Source of the DNA: an uncultured Dorea sp.
Lineage (GTDB): Bacteria > Bacillota > Clostridia > Lachnospirales > Lachnospiraceae
Assembly (NCBI GenBank): GCA_910589275.1
Contig: CAJUTH010000008.1
Span: 2,549-66,548 of the forward strand
Reading direction: 5' to 3'
DNA length: 64,000 nt
Under the pieces are notes generated by a model. The model had not been told where the DNA came from, made no database searches, and was given only the letters and a program-made list of their open reading frames with translations. Numbering within the stretch: position 1 is the first letter of the stretch; every line of letters starts with the position of its first letter. This document shows positions 55,416 to 64,000 of the stretch, piece after piece. The position numbers were made by a program, and so were the translations under genes.

Positions 55416-56876
55416 ATGAGTAAAGTAAGAACGAGATTTGCACCGAGTCCTACAGGAAGGATGCATGTGGGCAATTTGAGAACGGCGCTGTATGCGTATC
55501 TGATCGCAAAGCATGAGGATGGGGATTTTATGCTGCGGATTGAGGATACGGATCAGGAGCGTTTTGTGGAGGGCGCTCTTGAGATTATTTACCGGACCCT
55601 AGAAAAGACCGGGCTGGTACACGATGAGGGACCGGATAAGGATGGGGGCGTGGGCCCTTATGTTCAGAGTGAGCGGAATGCATCCGGCCTGTATTTGAAG
55701 TATGCAAAGCAGTTGATTGAACAGGGGGACGCGTATTATTGTTTCTGCGACAAGGAAAGACTGGAATCCTTGAGAAGCACCGTATCCGAGTCCGGGACAG
55801 AGATTGTAGTTTATGACAAGCACTGCTTGAACCTGAGCAAAGAAGAGGTTCAGGCGAATCTGGATGCGGGAAAGCCTTATGTTATCCGTATTAATATGCC
55901 CACAGAGGGGACAACTACGTTCCACGATGATATTTACGGGGATATTACAGTGCCGAATGCGGAGCTGGATGATATGATACTGATTAAATCCGACGGATAT
56001 CCGACCTATAATTTTGCTAATGTAGTTGACGATCATCTGATGGGGATTACCCATGTGGTAAGGGGGAATGAGTACCTGTCTTCCGCTCCCAAGTATAATC
56101 GTCTTTATGAGGCGTTTGGCTGGGAGGTTCCTACGTATGTGCACTGTCCTCTGATTACGGATGAGACCCATAAGAAGCTGAGCAAGCGCTGCGGCCACTC
56201 TTCTTATGAAGATCTGCTGGAGCAGGGTTTTGTCTCCGAGGCGATTGTGAATTATGTGGCGCTGCTTGGATGGTGTCCGGAGGACAACCGGGAGATATTC
56301 ACACTGAAAGAGCTGGTGGAAGCATTTGATTACCGCCATATGAGTAAGTCGCCGGCGGTATTTGACGTGGTAAAGCTTAAGTGGATGAACAGCGAATACT
56401 TAAAGGCTATGGACTCGGAGAAGTTTTTCATGCTTGCAAAGCCGTATATAGAAGAGGCTGTTGGAAACAAATACGATCTGCGTAAGATTGCCGGGTTGGT
56501 AAAGACAAGGATTGAGACGTTTCTGGACATCAAAGAACAGATTGATTTCTTTGCAGCGGTTCCTGAATATGATACGGCAATGTACTGCCATAAGAAGATG
56601 AAGACCAATGAAGAGAATTCCTTAGAGCTTTTAAAGGGTGTGCTTCCTGTTTTGGAGAAGCAGGAGGATTTTGGCAATGATGCATTGTTTGAGACGCTGA
56701 AGCAGTATGCGGCGGAGAACGAGAAAAAGATAGGATATGTGATGTGGCCGATCCGTACAGCTATTTCAGGCAGACAGAATACGCCGGGAGGAGCAACCGA
56801 GATTATGGATGTTCTTGGGAAGGAAGAGTCCTTATCGCGCATCCGTATGGGGATTCAGAAATTAGAAACGAGGTAG
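55416..56876 (+). CDS. gltX: Glutamate--tRNA ligase
   Basis: [22 protein letters not shown] and KLSKR. Confidence 0.97.
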   Translation: MSKVRTRFAPSPTGRMHVGNLRTALYAYLIAKHEDGDFMLRIEDTDQERFVEGALEIIYRTLEKTGLVHDEGPDKDGGVGPYVQSERNASGLYLKYAKQLIEQGDAYYCFCDKERLESLRSTVSESGTEIVVYDKHCLNLSKEEVQANLDAGKPYVIRINMPTEGTTTFHDDIYGDITVPNAELDDMILIKSDGYPTYNFANVVDDHLMGITHVVRGNEYLSSAPKYNRLYEAFGWEVPTYVHCPLITDETHKKLSKRCGHSSYEDLLEQGFVSEAIVNYVALLGWCPEDNREIFTLKELVEAFDYRHMSKSPAVFDVVKLKWMNSEYLKAMDSEKFFMLAKPYIEEAVGNKYDLRKIAGLVKTRIETFLDIKEQIDFFAAVPEYDTAMYCHKKMKTNEENSLELLKGVLPVLEKQEDFGNDALFETLKQYAAENEKKIGYVMWPIRTAISGRQNTPGGATEIMDVLGKEESLSRIRMGIQKLETR

Positions 56877-56879
56877 TTC

Positions 56880-58739
56880 ATGCGTCCGAATCAGATACAG
56901 GAGCGTGCGATCAGACATTATACAGGTCCCTGCATGGTGCTTGCGGGACCGGGTTCCGGTAAGACGTTTACCATTGCCAGGCGGATTTATTATTTAATAG
57001 AGCATTATAAAGTAAGACCAGAAAATATTCTGGTCATTACTTTTACCCGGGCGGCGTCCTATGAGATGCAGAATAGGTTCAAAATGCTGATGGAGGGCAG
57101 AAGCCTGCCGGTTACGTTTGGAACCTTTCACGGAGTGTATTTTGGAATATTGAAATGGGCGTACCGTTTAAGCGCTGGAAACATTCTGACAGAAGAGGAG
57201 AAATACCAGCTTCTCCGTCAGATTATCTATTCTCCGGAGCTTGGATATGAGCTGGAGTCTTTTGATGAGAAGGAAGAGATTCAGGATTTGATCACGGAGA
57301 TCGGCAATGTGAAAAACAGCGGGCTTCCCATTGAACGGTATGAATCCGCCCGCCATGGGGCGATGTTCGGGAGAATATATCATGCTTACGAGAAGCAGCG
57401 GAAGGAGCTGCGAAAGATTGATTTTGATGATATGCTTCTGCTGTGCTATGATTTGTTCCGGCGGAGGAAGGATCTGTTAAAACAGTGGCAGGAACGGTTT
57501 CAATTTATCCTGATCGATGAATTTCAAGATGTGAACAGGGTACAGTATGAGGTAGTGCGTATGCTTGCCCTTCCGGAGAATAATCTGTTTGTCGTAGGGG
57601 ATGACGATCAGTCCATTTATCGGTTCAGAGGAGCAAGTCCGGAGATTATGCTTGGGTTTGGGGAGGATTATCCGGAGGCCGAGAAGCTTGTGCTGGGAGT
57701 AAATTACCGTTCCAGTAAGAATATTGTAAATGGGGCGCTTAAGGTAATCGGCTGCAACAGCAGGCGGTATAAGAAGAAGCTTTCTACAGAGAATGAGAAA
57801 GGCTCCTGCATCCATGTGCAGGAGGTTAAGGATTCTGTGGAGGAGGGCGGATATCTGATTAAAAAGGTAAAAGAGCTTGCGGATAAAGGGATTTCGTACC
57901 ATCAGATTGCCGTTTTGTACCGGACCGGGAATGATGCAAGGACCTTGATGGAGCTCCTTTTGGAGAATCAGATTCCCTTTCAGGCGAGAGAACAGATACA
58001 GAATATTTATGAGCATTTTGCAGTGAGGAAGCTTCTTAACTATGTGAGACTGGCGGCGGGAGACCGCAGCAGAAGGGTGTTTCTAGATGTAATGAACGCG
58101 CCGAAGCGGTATATCAGCAGAGAGAGCTTGGAGCATGATAGGGCAGATTTTGAGGATCTTAGGCGGTTCTATATGGATAAGAGCTGGATGCTGGACAGAA
58201 TTGACCAGTTTGAATGGGATGTAAAGATGCTCGAAGGCCAGACGCCCTATGCGTCGATACAATATATTAGGAAGCATATCGGTTATGATGATTATTTGAA
58301 GGAATATGCAAAGACCAGAAGAATTGGAGAAGAGGAATTATTTTCGATACTTGCAGAAGCAGAAGAGCGGGCAAAGGAATTTACATGTATCTCTGAATGG
58401 CTTTCTTACATAGAAGATTATACAAAGATATTGAATGAACAAAAGAAACGGAAATCGAAAGAAATAGAAGGCATCCGTTTGATGACGATGCACGGGGCGA
58501 AGGGGTTGGAATTTGATACGGTATTCATTATTCAGAGTAACGAAGGCGTGATTCCTTATAAGAAAGCAAAGCTTGAGGTAGAGCTTGAGGAGGAACGGAG
58601 GATGTTTTATGTGGCTATGACCCGGGCAAAAAGAGAGCTTATCATCAGTTATGTCAAAAATAAAAACGGAAAAGAGGCGCATCCTTCCCGTTTTGTCAAT
58701 GAACTGCTTGATACTGTTCACGGGTCAGGAATGCACTGA
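56880..58739 (+). CDS. ATP-dependent DNA helicase, UvrD/PcrA family
   Basis: AGPGSGKT, DEFQD, VGDDDQSIYRFRGA, NYRS, TMHGAKGLEF and EEERRMFYVAMTRA. Confidence 0.94.
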   Translation: MRPNQIQERAIRHYTGPCMVLAGPGSGKTFTIARRIYYLIEHYKVRPENILVITFTRAASYEMQNRFKMLMEGRSLPVTFGTFHGVYFGILKWAYRLSAGNILTEEEKYQLLRQIIYSPELGYELESFDEKEEIQDLITEIGNVKNSGLPIERYESARHGAMFGRIYHAYEKQRKELRKIDFDDMLLLCYDLFRRRKDLLKQWQERFQFILIDEFQDVNRVQYEVVRMLALPENNLFVVGDDDQSIYRFRGASPEIMLGFGEDYPEAEKLVLGVNYRSSKNIVNGALKVIGCNSRRYKKKLSTENEKGSCIHVQEVKDSVEEGGYLIKKVKELADKGISYHQIAVLYRTGNDARTLMELLLENQIPFQAREQIQNIYEHFAVRKLLNYVRLAAGDRSRRVFLDVMNAPKRYISRESLEHDRADFEDLRRFYMDKSWMLDRIDQFEWDVKMLEGQTPYASIQYIRKHIGYDDYLKEYAKTRRIGEEELFSILAEAEERAKEFTCISEWLSYIEDYTKILNEQKKRKSKEIEGIRLMTMHGAKGLEFDTVFIIQSNEGVIPYKKAKLEVELEEERRMFYVAMTRAKRELIISYVKNKNGKEAHPSRFVNELLDTVHGSGMH

Positions 58740-58808
58740 AAACTTTTTTCTGGTCAAATGCTATAAAATGTTGTAGAATGAATATGTATACGCAGGGAGG
58801 AAGGATTT

Positions 58809-59813
58809 ATGAAAAAGAAAGCATTGATTGTACTCGTTTCTCTGCTCATAGGCATACTTGCTTTGTACGGCTGCAAGAAGGCAGTTGGGACGCCGGAGGA
58901 TAATGCTGTATCTTCGGAGGAGGAAGCAGAAGAAGCAGGGGAAGAAGATACTGGGTATAAATTTGGATTCAGTGCGATTGATATGGACAACCCTTACTTT
59001 ATCACGTTGGAGAGCGCAATAAAGGAAGTTCTTGACAAGGAAGGCTATACGCTGATTACGAAGAATCCGGAAAGCGATCCCGCCCTTCAGAATGAACAGA
59101 TTATGGAGATGATTGATGAAGGGATTGACGCGATATTTATCTGTCCGGTTAACTGGGTGGAGATTACAGACGCATTGGAAGCGCTTAAGGAGGCGGACGT
59201 TAAGATCATTAATGTGGATACGCAGGTGAAAGAGATGGGATATATAGATGCGTACATTGGTTCTGACAATGAGGCAGCCGGATATATCTGCGGAGAAGAT
59301 CTTCTGGATAAATGTCCGGAGGGCGGAAGGATATTGATTCTAGAGTGTCCGACCCAGAATTCTATCAATGAAAGGATTACCGGATTTGAAAAAGCAATTT
59401 CTTCTGCGGAATCCGGATTTGAGATTGTCGACAGAGCCGATACCAATGGGGAATTTCAAAAGGCGCTGGAGATTACACAGGAGATATTGAAGGAACATGA
59501 AGATATTGATGTGATTATGTGCGGCAACGACCAGATTGCGGTAGGAGCTACTACTGCGGTGAATCTTGCCGGAATGCGGAATGTGATTATTTACGGTGTA
59601 GACGGCTCGCCGGATATTAAAAAAGAGCTTATGAAACCAGATACACAGATTGCCGGAACGGCGGCGCAGTCGCCGATAGGTATAGGAAAACAAGCGGCAG
59701 AGACAGGAATTGCGATTCTTGACGGAGATGAATACGAAGAAGAGATATATGAAGATGTTTTTATGATTAATAGTGACAATGTGAAAATGTACGGGGCTGA
59801 CGGCTGGCAGTAA
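58809..59813 (+). CDS. Sugar ABC-type substrate-binding lipoprotein (RbsB-like), no adjacent permease
   Basis: Lipobox LYGC, DNPYF, INVD, GSDN..AG, GND and YGVDG. Confidence 0.88.
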   Translation: MKKKALIVLVSLLIGILALYGCKKAVGTPEDNAVSSEEEAEEAGEEDTGYKFGFSAIDMDNPYFITLESAIKEVLDKEGYTLITKNPESDPALQNEQIMEMIDEGIDAIFICPVNWVEITDALEALKEADVKIINVDTQVKEMGYIDAYIGSDNEAAGYICGEDLLDKCPEGGRILILECPTQNSINERITGFEKAISSAESGFEIVDRADTNGEFQKALEITQEILKEHEDIDVIMCGNDQIAVGATTAVNLAGMRNVIIYGVDGSPDIKKELMKPDTQIAGTAAQSPIGIGKQAAETGIAILDGDEYEEEIYEDVFMINSDNVKMYGADGWQ

Positions 59814-59823
59814 GGAGAATAAT

Positions 59824-61521
59824 ATGAAGCAGACACAGGGAACACCATTACCTCTTGGAGTAACAGGAACAGATAAAGGGATGAACTTTGCAGTTGCCAT
59901 CCCGCAGGGAAAAACCTGCGAACTGCTGTTATACCGAAAGAAGGGAGAAACTCCGGTCTTTACCTGTGAACTGCCGGAGGAGACGGCCGTGGGAGAAGTG
60001 CGCTGTGTGTCCCTTGAAGAAATGACAGGGAGAACTTATGAGTATCTTTACCGGATTGACGGCGAATATTATGTGGACCCGTATGTGAAGAAGCTGACAG
60101 GTAGAAAGGGCTGGGGAGAAACAAAGGATGTATCTGCCGGGGAGATGCGAGGAGAGCTTGTGAGAGACGTCTATGACTGGGAGGGGGATGAGCCTTTAAA
60201 TATCCCTATGAACCGCGTCGTTGCTTACAGCCTGCATGTAAGAGGATTTACTAAGCATTCTTCTTCAAAAGTAAAATATAAGGGAACCTTCCGGGGGATT
60301 ATAGAGAAGCTTCCGTATTTAACAGAGCTGGGAATTAATCAGATTCATTGTATGCCGGTATATGAGTTTGAAGAGCGTACAAGAGCTGGGGTAAACTATT
60401 GGGGATATGGCGCCGGTTACTATTTTGCGCCAAAGAGCAATTACGCGGCTTCTAGGGATGCGGTTACAGAGCTGAAAGATATGGTAAAAGCCTGTCACAA
60501 AACCGGGATTGAGGTAGTATTGGAAATGCCTTTTGACGGCGGGACTTCAAAACAGATGATGGAGGAATGTCTCAGGTACTATCGGATGGAATACCATGTG
60601 GATGGGTTTATCCTGAATCCGTTAGTTGCTCCTATGGACATGATTTATGCGGATCCGATACTTAAAAAGACAAAGCTGCTTATCCACAGGGAGGATTTCC
60701 AGAATACGATGCGAAGATTCCTCAAAGGGGACGAGGGCATGGTAAGCGGGGTGGTTTACTGGCTGAATCATCATACAAGAGACGGTTATAACTACATTAC
60801 CAGCCATAATGGATTTACGTTAAACGATCTGGTGTCCTATGACAGTAAGCATAATGAGGCAAACGGGGAGAATAATCAGGACGGACCGGATTATAATTAT
60901 AGCTGGAACTGCGGAGCGGAGGGACCGAGCCGGAAAAAGGCAGTAAATGAACTGAGAAAGAACCAAATACGCAATGCGTTTTTACTGCTTATGTTTGCGC
61001 AGGGAACGCCATGTATACTGGCGGGAGATGAGTTTGGCAATACTCAGAAGGGAAATAATAATGTGTATTGCCAGGATAATCCAACTGCATGGCTGGATTG
61101 GAGCAGGTTAAAGAGACAGGAAGATACGTTTAATTATGTAAAAGAACTGATTGCGCTTAGAAAGGCGCATCCGGTTTTTATGCAGGAAGAGCCGCTGAGG
61201 GGTATGGACTCCATAAGGTGCGGGATTCCGGATGTATCCTATCACGGAGAATATGCGTGGCGTACGCCGGACGAAGTCAGCAGCAGACTGCTGGGAGTGT
61301 TTTACTGCGGCGCCGTCGCTGCGGACGAAGATATATTTGTTATCTATAATATGCATTGGCTGGAGCATAGGTTTGCGCTGCCGGCGCTTTCAGATAAGAA
61401 AAAGTGGCACGTGATCGCTTCTACAAGTAAAGGCATTTTGAAGGAACCGGAACTTGTGGAAAACCAGCATGATACGGTAGTTGCAGAGCGTACGATTCAA
61501 ATTTTGGCAGGCAGGCAGTAA
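59824..61521 (+). CDS. GlgX/isoamylase-like GH13 protein with degenerate active site
   Basis: PLG..NFA CBM48-like start, LHVRGFT, NYWGY, NYSWNCG and QGTP.ILAGDEFGNTQ.GNNN.YCQDN; catalytic motifs altered. Confidence 0.85.
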   Translation: MKQTQGTPLPLGVTGTDKGMNFAVAIPQGKTCELLLYRKKGETPVFTCELPEETAVGEVRCVSLEEMTGRTYEYLYRIDGEYYVDPYVKKLTGRKGWGETKDVSAGEMRGELVRDVYDWEGDEPLNIPMNRVVAYSLHVRGFTKHSSSKVKYKGTFRGIIEKLPYLTELGINQIHCMPVYEFEERTRAGVNYWGYGAGYYFAPKSNYAASRDAVTELKDMVKACHKTGIEVVLEMPFDGGTSKQMMEECLRYYRMEYHVDGFILNPLVAPMDMIYADPILKKTKLLIHREDFQNTMRRFLKGDEGMVSGVVYWLNHHTRDGYNYITSHNGFTLNDLVSYDSKHNEANGENNQDGPDYNYSWNCGAEGPSRKKAVNELRKNQIRNAFLLLMFAQGTPCILAGDEFGNTQKGNNNVYCQDNPTAWLDWSRLKRQEDTFNYVKELIALRKAHPVFMQEEPLRGMDSIRCGIPDVSYHGEYAWRTPDEVSSRLLGVFYCGAVAADEDIFVIYNMHWLEHRFALPALSDKKKWHVIASTSKGILKEPELVENQHDTVVAERTIQILAGRQ

Positions 61522-62183
61522 TGAAAGCTACAGCAGAGAGACAAAAAGGATTTTCTTCCTTTGAATTGAAGGTGCTGGCGATCGTATCCATGGCGGCGGA
61601 CCACGTAGGGGCGGTTCTTTGTCCGGAGACGCTCTTCTTACGTTATGTTGGAAGGCTTGCATTTCCAATATTCTGCTTTCTTCTGGTAGAGGGATATTAT
61701 CATACGGGGAATGTAAGGAAGTATATGGCAAGGCTCGGAGTATTTGCGCTGATTTCTGAAATCCCTTTTGATCTGGCATTCCACGAATCGGTTTGGACAT
61801 TGGAGAAACAAAATGTATTTTTTACTCTTCTTATAGGACTTGGGATGCTGTGGCTGGCTGATAAAGAGAGAGAAATCATAATAAGAATCGGCATTATAAT
61901 TCTGGCAATGTGGGCGGCTGAGCTTCTGCATACGGATTATGGGTTCCGCGGTATCCTTTTGATTGCAATTTTTCAGATGGCGAGAGATAAGAAGGCGGTG
62001 CAGTATATTGGCGGAGCGGCTTGGAACTTTCTGTGGGGAAACCGGATTCAGTCGGCAGGGGCGCTGGCGGTGATACCGATTGCTCTGTATAACGGCGAAA
62101 AGGGCAGGAGTATGAAGTATTTCTTTTACCTGTTTTATCCGGTCCACCTACTGATTTTATATTTTCTGACATATATTTTTTAG
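61521..62183 (+). CDS. TraX-family membrane protein
   Basis: LKVLAIVSMAADH, GRLAFPIF, SEIPFD, QNVFFTL, DYG and FFYLFYPVHL. Confidence 0.85.
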   Translation: MKATAERQKGFSSFELKVLAIVSMAADHVGAVLCPETLFLRYVGRLAFPIFCFLLVEGYYHTGNVRKYMARLGVFALISEIPFDLAFHESVWTLEKQNVFFTLLIGLGMLWLADKEREIIIRIGIIILAMWAAELLHTDYGFRGILLIAIFQMARDKKAVQYIGGAAWNFLWGNRIQSAGALAVIPIALYNGEKGRSMKYFFYLFYPVHLLILYFLTYIF

Positions 62184-62204
62184 GAAAGAAAGAGGTTATG
62201 CGGT

Positions 62205-62768
62205 ATGAAAGCATTGGATCATCTGCGGACAATTAATCATCATAAGCTGCTGGTTATGAAGGGGTGCTTTAGAGTGGGACTGTATAAGCAGGGACTGCTT
62301 CATGACCTATCGAAGTATTCGCCTGCGGAATTTTTGGTTGGATGCAGGTATTTTCAAGGAAATAGGAGTCCGAATAATGCAGAGCGGGAGGCTACAGGGG
62401 TGTCCACTGCCTGGCTGCATCATAAAGGGCGCAATAAGCATCATTATGAATACTGGATTGATTATACGGCGGAGAAGGAACGGATTCTTGCAGGTACAAA
62501 GATGCCGACCAAATATGTGATTGAAATGTTTATGGACCGTGTGGCGGCATCTAAGACTTATCAGAAGGAGAATTATAAAGACTGCCATCCATTGGAGTAT
62601 TATGAGCAGGGGGCGGCGAAGCTTGGCAGCATGGTACATAAAGATACTGCCGCGCTGCTGCACCATTTGTTAAAGATGCTGGCGGAGCAGGGGGAAGAAA
62701 AGACATTTGCCTATATCCGCAGAATCGTTATGAAAAATAAAAAGAAAAGACGCCGCTGTATTTTTTAA
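62205..62768 (+). CDS. DUF5662-like His-rich putative metalloprotein
   Basis: LLHDLSKYS, HHKGRNKHHYEYW and EMFMDR. Confidence 0.75.
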   Translation: MKALDHLRTINHHKLLVMKGCFRVGLYKQGLLHDLSKYSPAEFLVGCRYFQGNRSPNNAEREATGVSTAWLHHKGRNKHHYEYWIDYTAEKERILAGTKMPTKYVIEMFMDRVAASKTYQKENYKDCHPLEYYEQGAAKLGSMVHKDTAALLHHLLKMLAEQGEEKTFAYIRRIVMKNKKKRRRCIF

Positions 62769-62862
62769 AAGAAATGGAGAGGAAGAGGACTGAGTGCAGG
62801 TGACAAAAGGTTCTCTTCTTTCATTTATAAGATTTATAATTCACTGAGGAGGGAAGAGGGAT

Positions 62863-64000
62863 ATGCATGAATTGACGGAATTGATTTATGAGGATATGAA
62901 GCCTGCGCTTGGAGTTACGGAGCCGGGAGCGATAGCATTTGCTGCAGCCAGGGCGGCAGACTATGTGCATGGAGAATTAGAAAGCATCCATGTATCTATG
63001 AACAGCGGTATGTATAAGAATGCCTTTACCTGCGGGATTCCGGGCAGCACCGAGACTGGGAGCATCTATGCGGCTGCCCTTGGAGCTGCTGCCGGAAATG
63101 CAGAGAAAGGGCTGGAAGCGCTTGCAGATGTGAAACCGGAGGATCATAAAAAGGCGGCTAAGCTGATAGAAAGCGGAAAAGTCAGCGTTTCCCTCAGCGG
63201 GATCAGCAGCAGGATTTTCATAGAGGCTTCGGTGGCAGGTAAGTCGGATAAGGCTGTAGTTACCATTCAGGATTCACATACGAATATTACAAAGATTGTT
63301 GTAAATGGACGTACGGAGTTTGAGACGGAGAAGAAAGAGGGAAGTGAGAGAGAGCAGGAAAAGGGAGAAGAGGAAAAGCATCTCATTCACAGCTACACGC
63401 TTAGACAGCTCTATGACTATGCAGCTTCTGTAGAGATAGGGGAATTGGGATTTATCCGGGAAGCCTACCGGGTGAACTGGGAATTGTTTGAAGAAGGGAT
63501 GCATAATTCAAGAACTGTCTTTGCCAAATACTTGATGAAGAAAAACGGCGGTCAGATAATATCCGAAAATGAACAGCTTACTGCATCGCTGCTTTGCAAT
63601 GCAGCAATAGAAGCAAGAGTAATCGGCCTGGATAAGCCGGCAATGAGTATTACCGGTTCGGGAGCGCACGGGATTATTGCGACCATGCCGCTGTATGCGG
63701 CCTATAAGGTCAACGGCTATGAGGAGGAACAGCTTCTTCGGGCAACGGCGCTCAGCTATCTGATCTGTACTTATATTAAGGAGTATTCAGGGAAATTGTC
63801 CGCTTTCTGCGGATGCGCCATTGCGGCTGGAACAGGTATGGCGTGCGGGCTGGTTTATCTCAGGGGCGGTACGGTAGAAATGATGGAGTATACGATTCAG
63901 AATATGGCGGGCAGTATTACAGGAATGATCTGCGACGGCGGCAATCAGGGCTGTACCATGAAAGGAATCGTGGCAGTAGACGCGGCATACCAAGCGGCTG
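62863..64000 (+). CDS. L-cysteine desulfidase / serine dehydratase alpha-family protein (truncated by window end)
   Basis: Not in the ORF track because there is no stop in the window. Own translation: MHELTELIYEDMKPALGVTEP..., GSGAHG, GKLSAFCGCA and GMICDGGNQGC. Confidence 0.85.
   Translation, partial: MHELTELIYEDMKPALGVTEPGAIAFAAARAADYVHGELESIHVSMNSGMYKNAFTCGIPGSTETGSIYAAALGAAAGNAEKGLEALADVKPEDHKKAAKLIESGKVSVSLSGISSRIFIEASVAGKSDKAVVTIQDSHTNITKIVVNGRTEFETEKKEGSEREQEKGEEEKHLIHSYTLRQLYDYAASVEIGELGFIREAYRVNWELFEEGMHNSRTVFAKYLMKKNGGQIISENEQLTASLLCNAAIEARVIGLDKPAMSITGSGAHGIIATMPLYAAYKVNGYEEEQLLRATALSYLICTYIKEYSGKLSAFCGCAIAAGTGMACGLVYLRGGTVEMMEYTIQNMAGSITGMICDGGNQGCTMKGIVAVDAAYQAA

Noticed and set aside
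61521..62183. TraX as evidence of a conjugative element
   Set aside because: No other tra, relaxase or VirB4 genes are present; TraX-family membrane proteins are commonly chromosomal.
62205..62768. Catalase call sometimes attached to this family
   Set aside because: No heme- or Mn-catalase motifs are recognisable, only an HD-like His cluster.
1256..63993. Many antisense and alternate-frame ORFs in the ORF track (for example 47502-48440, 55599-56339, 26864-27517, 24408-25058)
   Set aside because: They overlap well-supported genes, lack RBSs and domain motifs, and are typical shadow ORFs.

Overview
Mostly core chromosome of an anaerobic, probably spore-forming Clostridia bacterium; gene content and order look Lachnospiraceae-like (inference). 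From left to right: an AT-rich, decayed stretch (1-1162) abutting the 3' end of a tRNA-Ala(CGC); pap (PPK2), GH36 alpha-galactosidase, an aminotransferase and dus; and the pyrH-frr-uppS-cdsA-rseP cluster, which lacks the usual dxr and ispG. Next come a self-contained galactitol-family PTS catabolic cluster with its own HPr (12.5-19.7 kb), an msmEFG-type ABC transporter with two AraC regulators, a LacI and an oligo-1,6-glucosidase, and a Zn-phospholipase-C-family/response regulator/kinase operon. These are followed by a candidate structured small RNA (30790-30880), an ECF sigma/anti-sigma pair, sleC, carAB, a radical SAM + TetR pair and a three-gene uncharacterised operon (DUF5717/DUF5716-like/TPR) ahead of purB. 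The right end holds trxB, a GNAT-ThrE fusion, gltX, a UvrD-family helicase, an orphan sugar-binding lipoprotein, a GlgX homolog that has lost all three catalytic acids, TraX-like and DUF5662-like genes, and a truncated cysteine-desulfidase-like gene. Several families of short intergenic palindromic repeats recur. No CRISPR array, rRNA, integrase or transposase is visible. Best leads: the DUF5717/DUF5716/TPR operon, the pseudo-GlgX, the PTS pathway with a His46 HPr, and the structured RNA. All family assignments are from motif recognition by eye; no searches were run.
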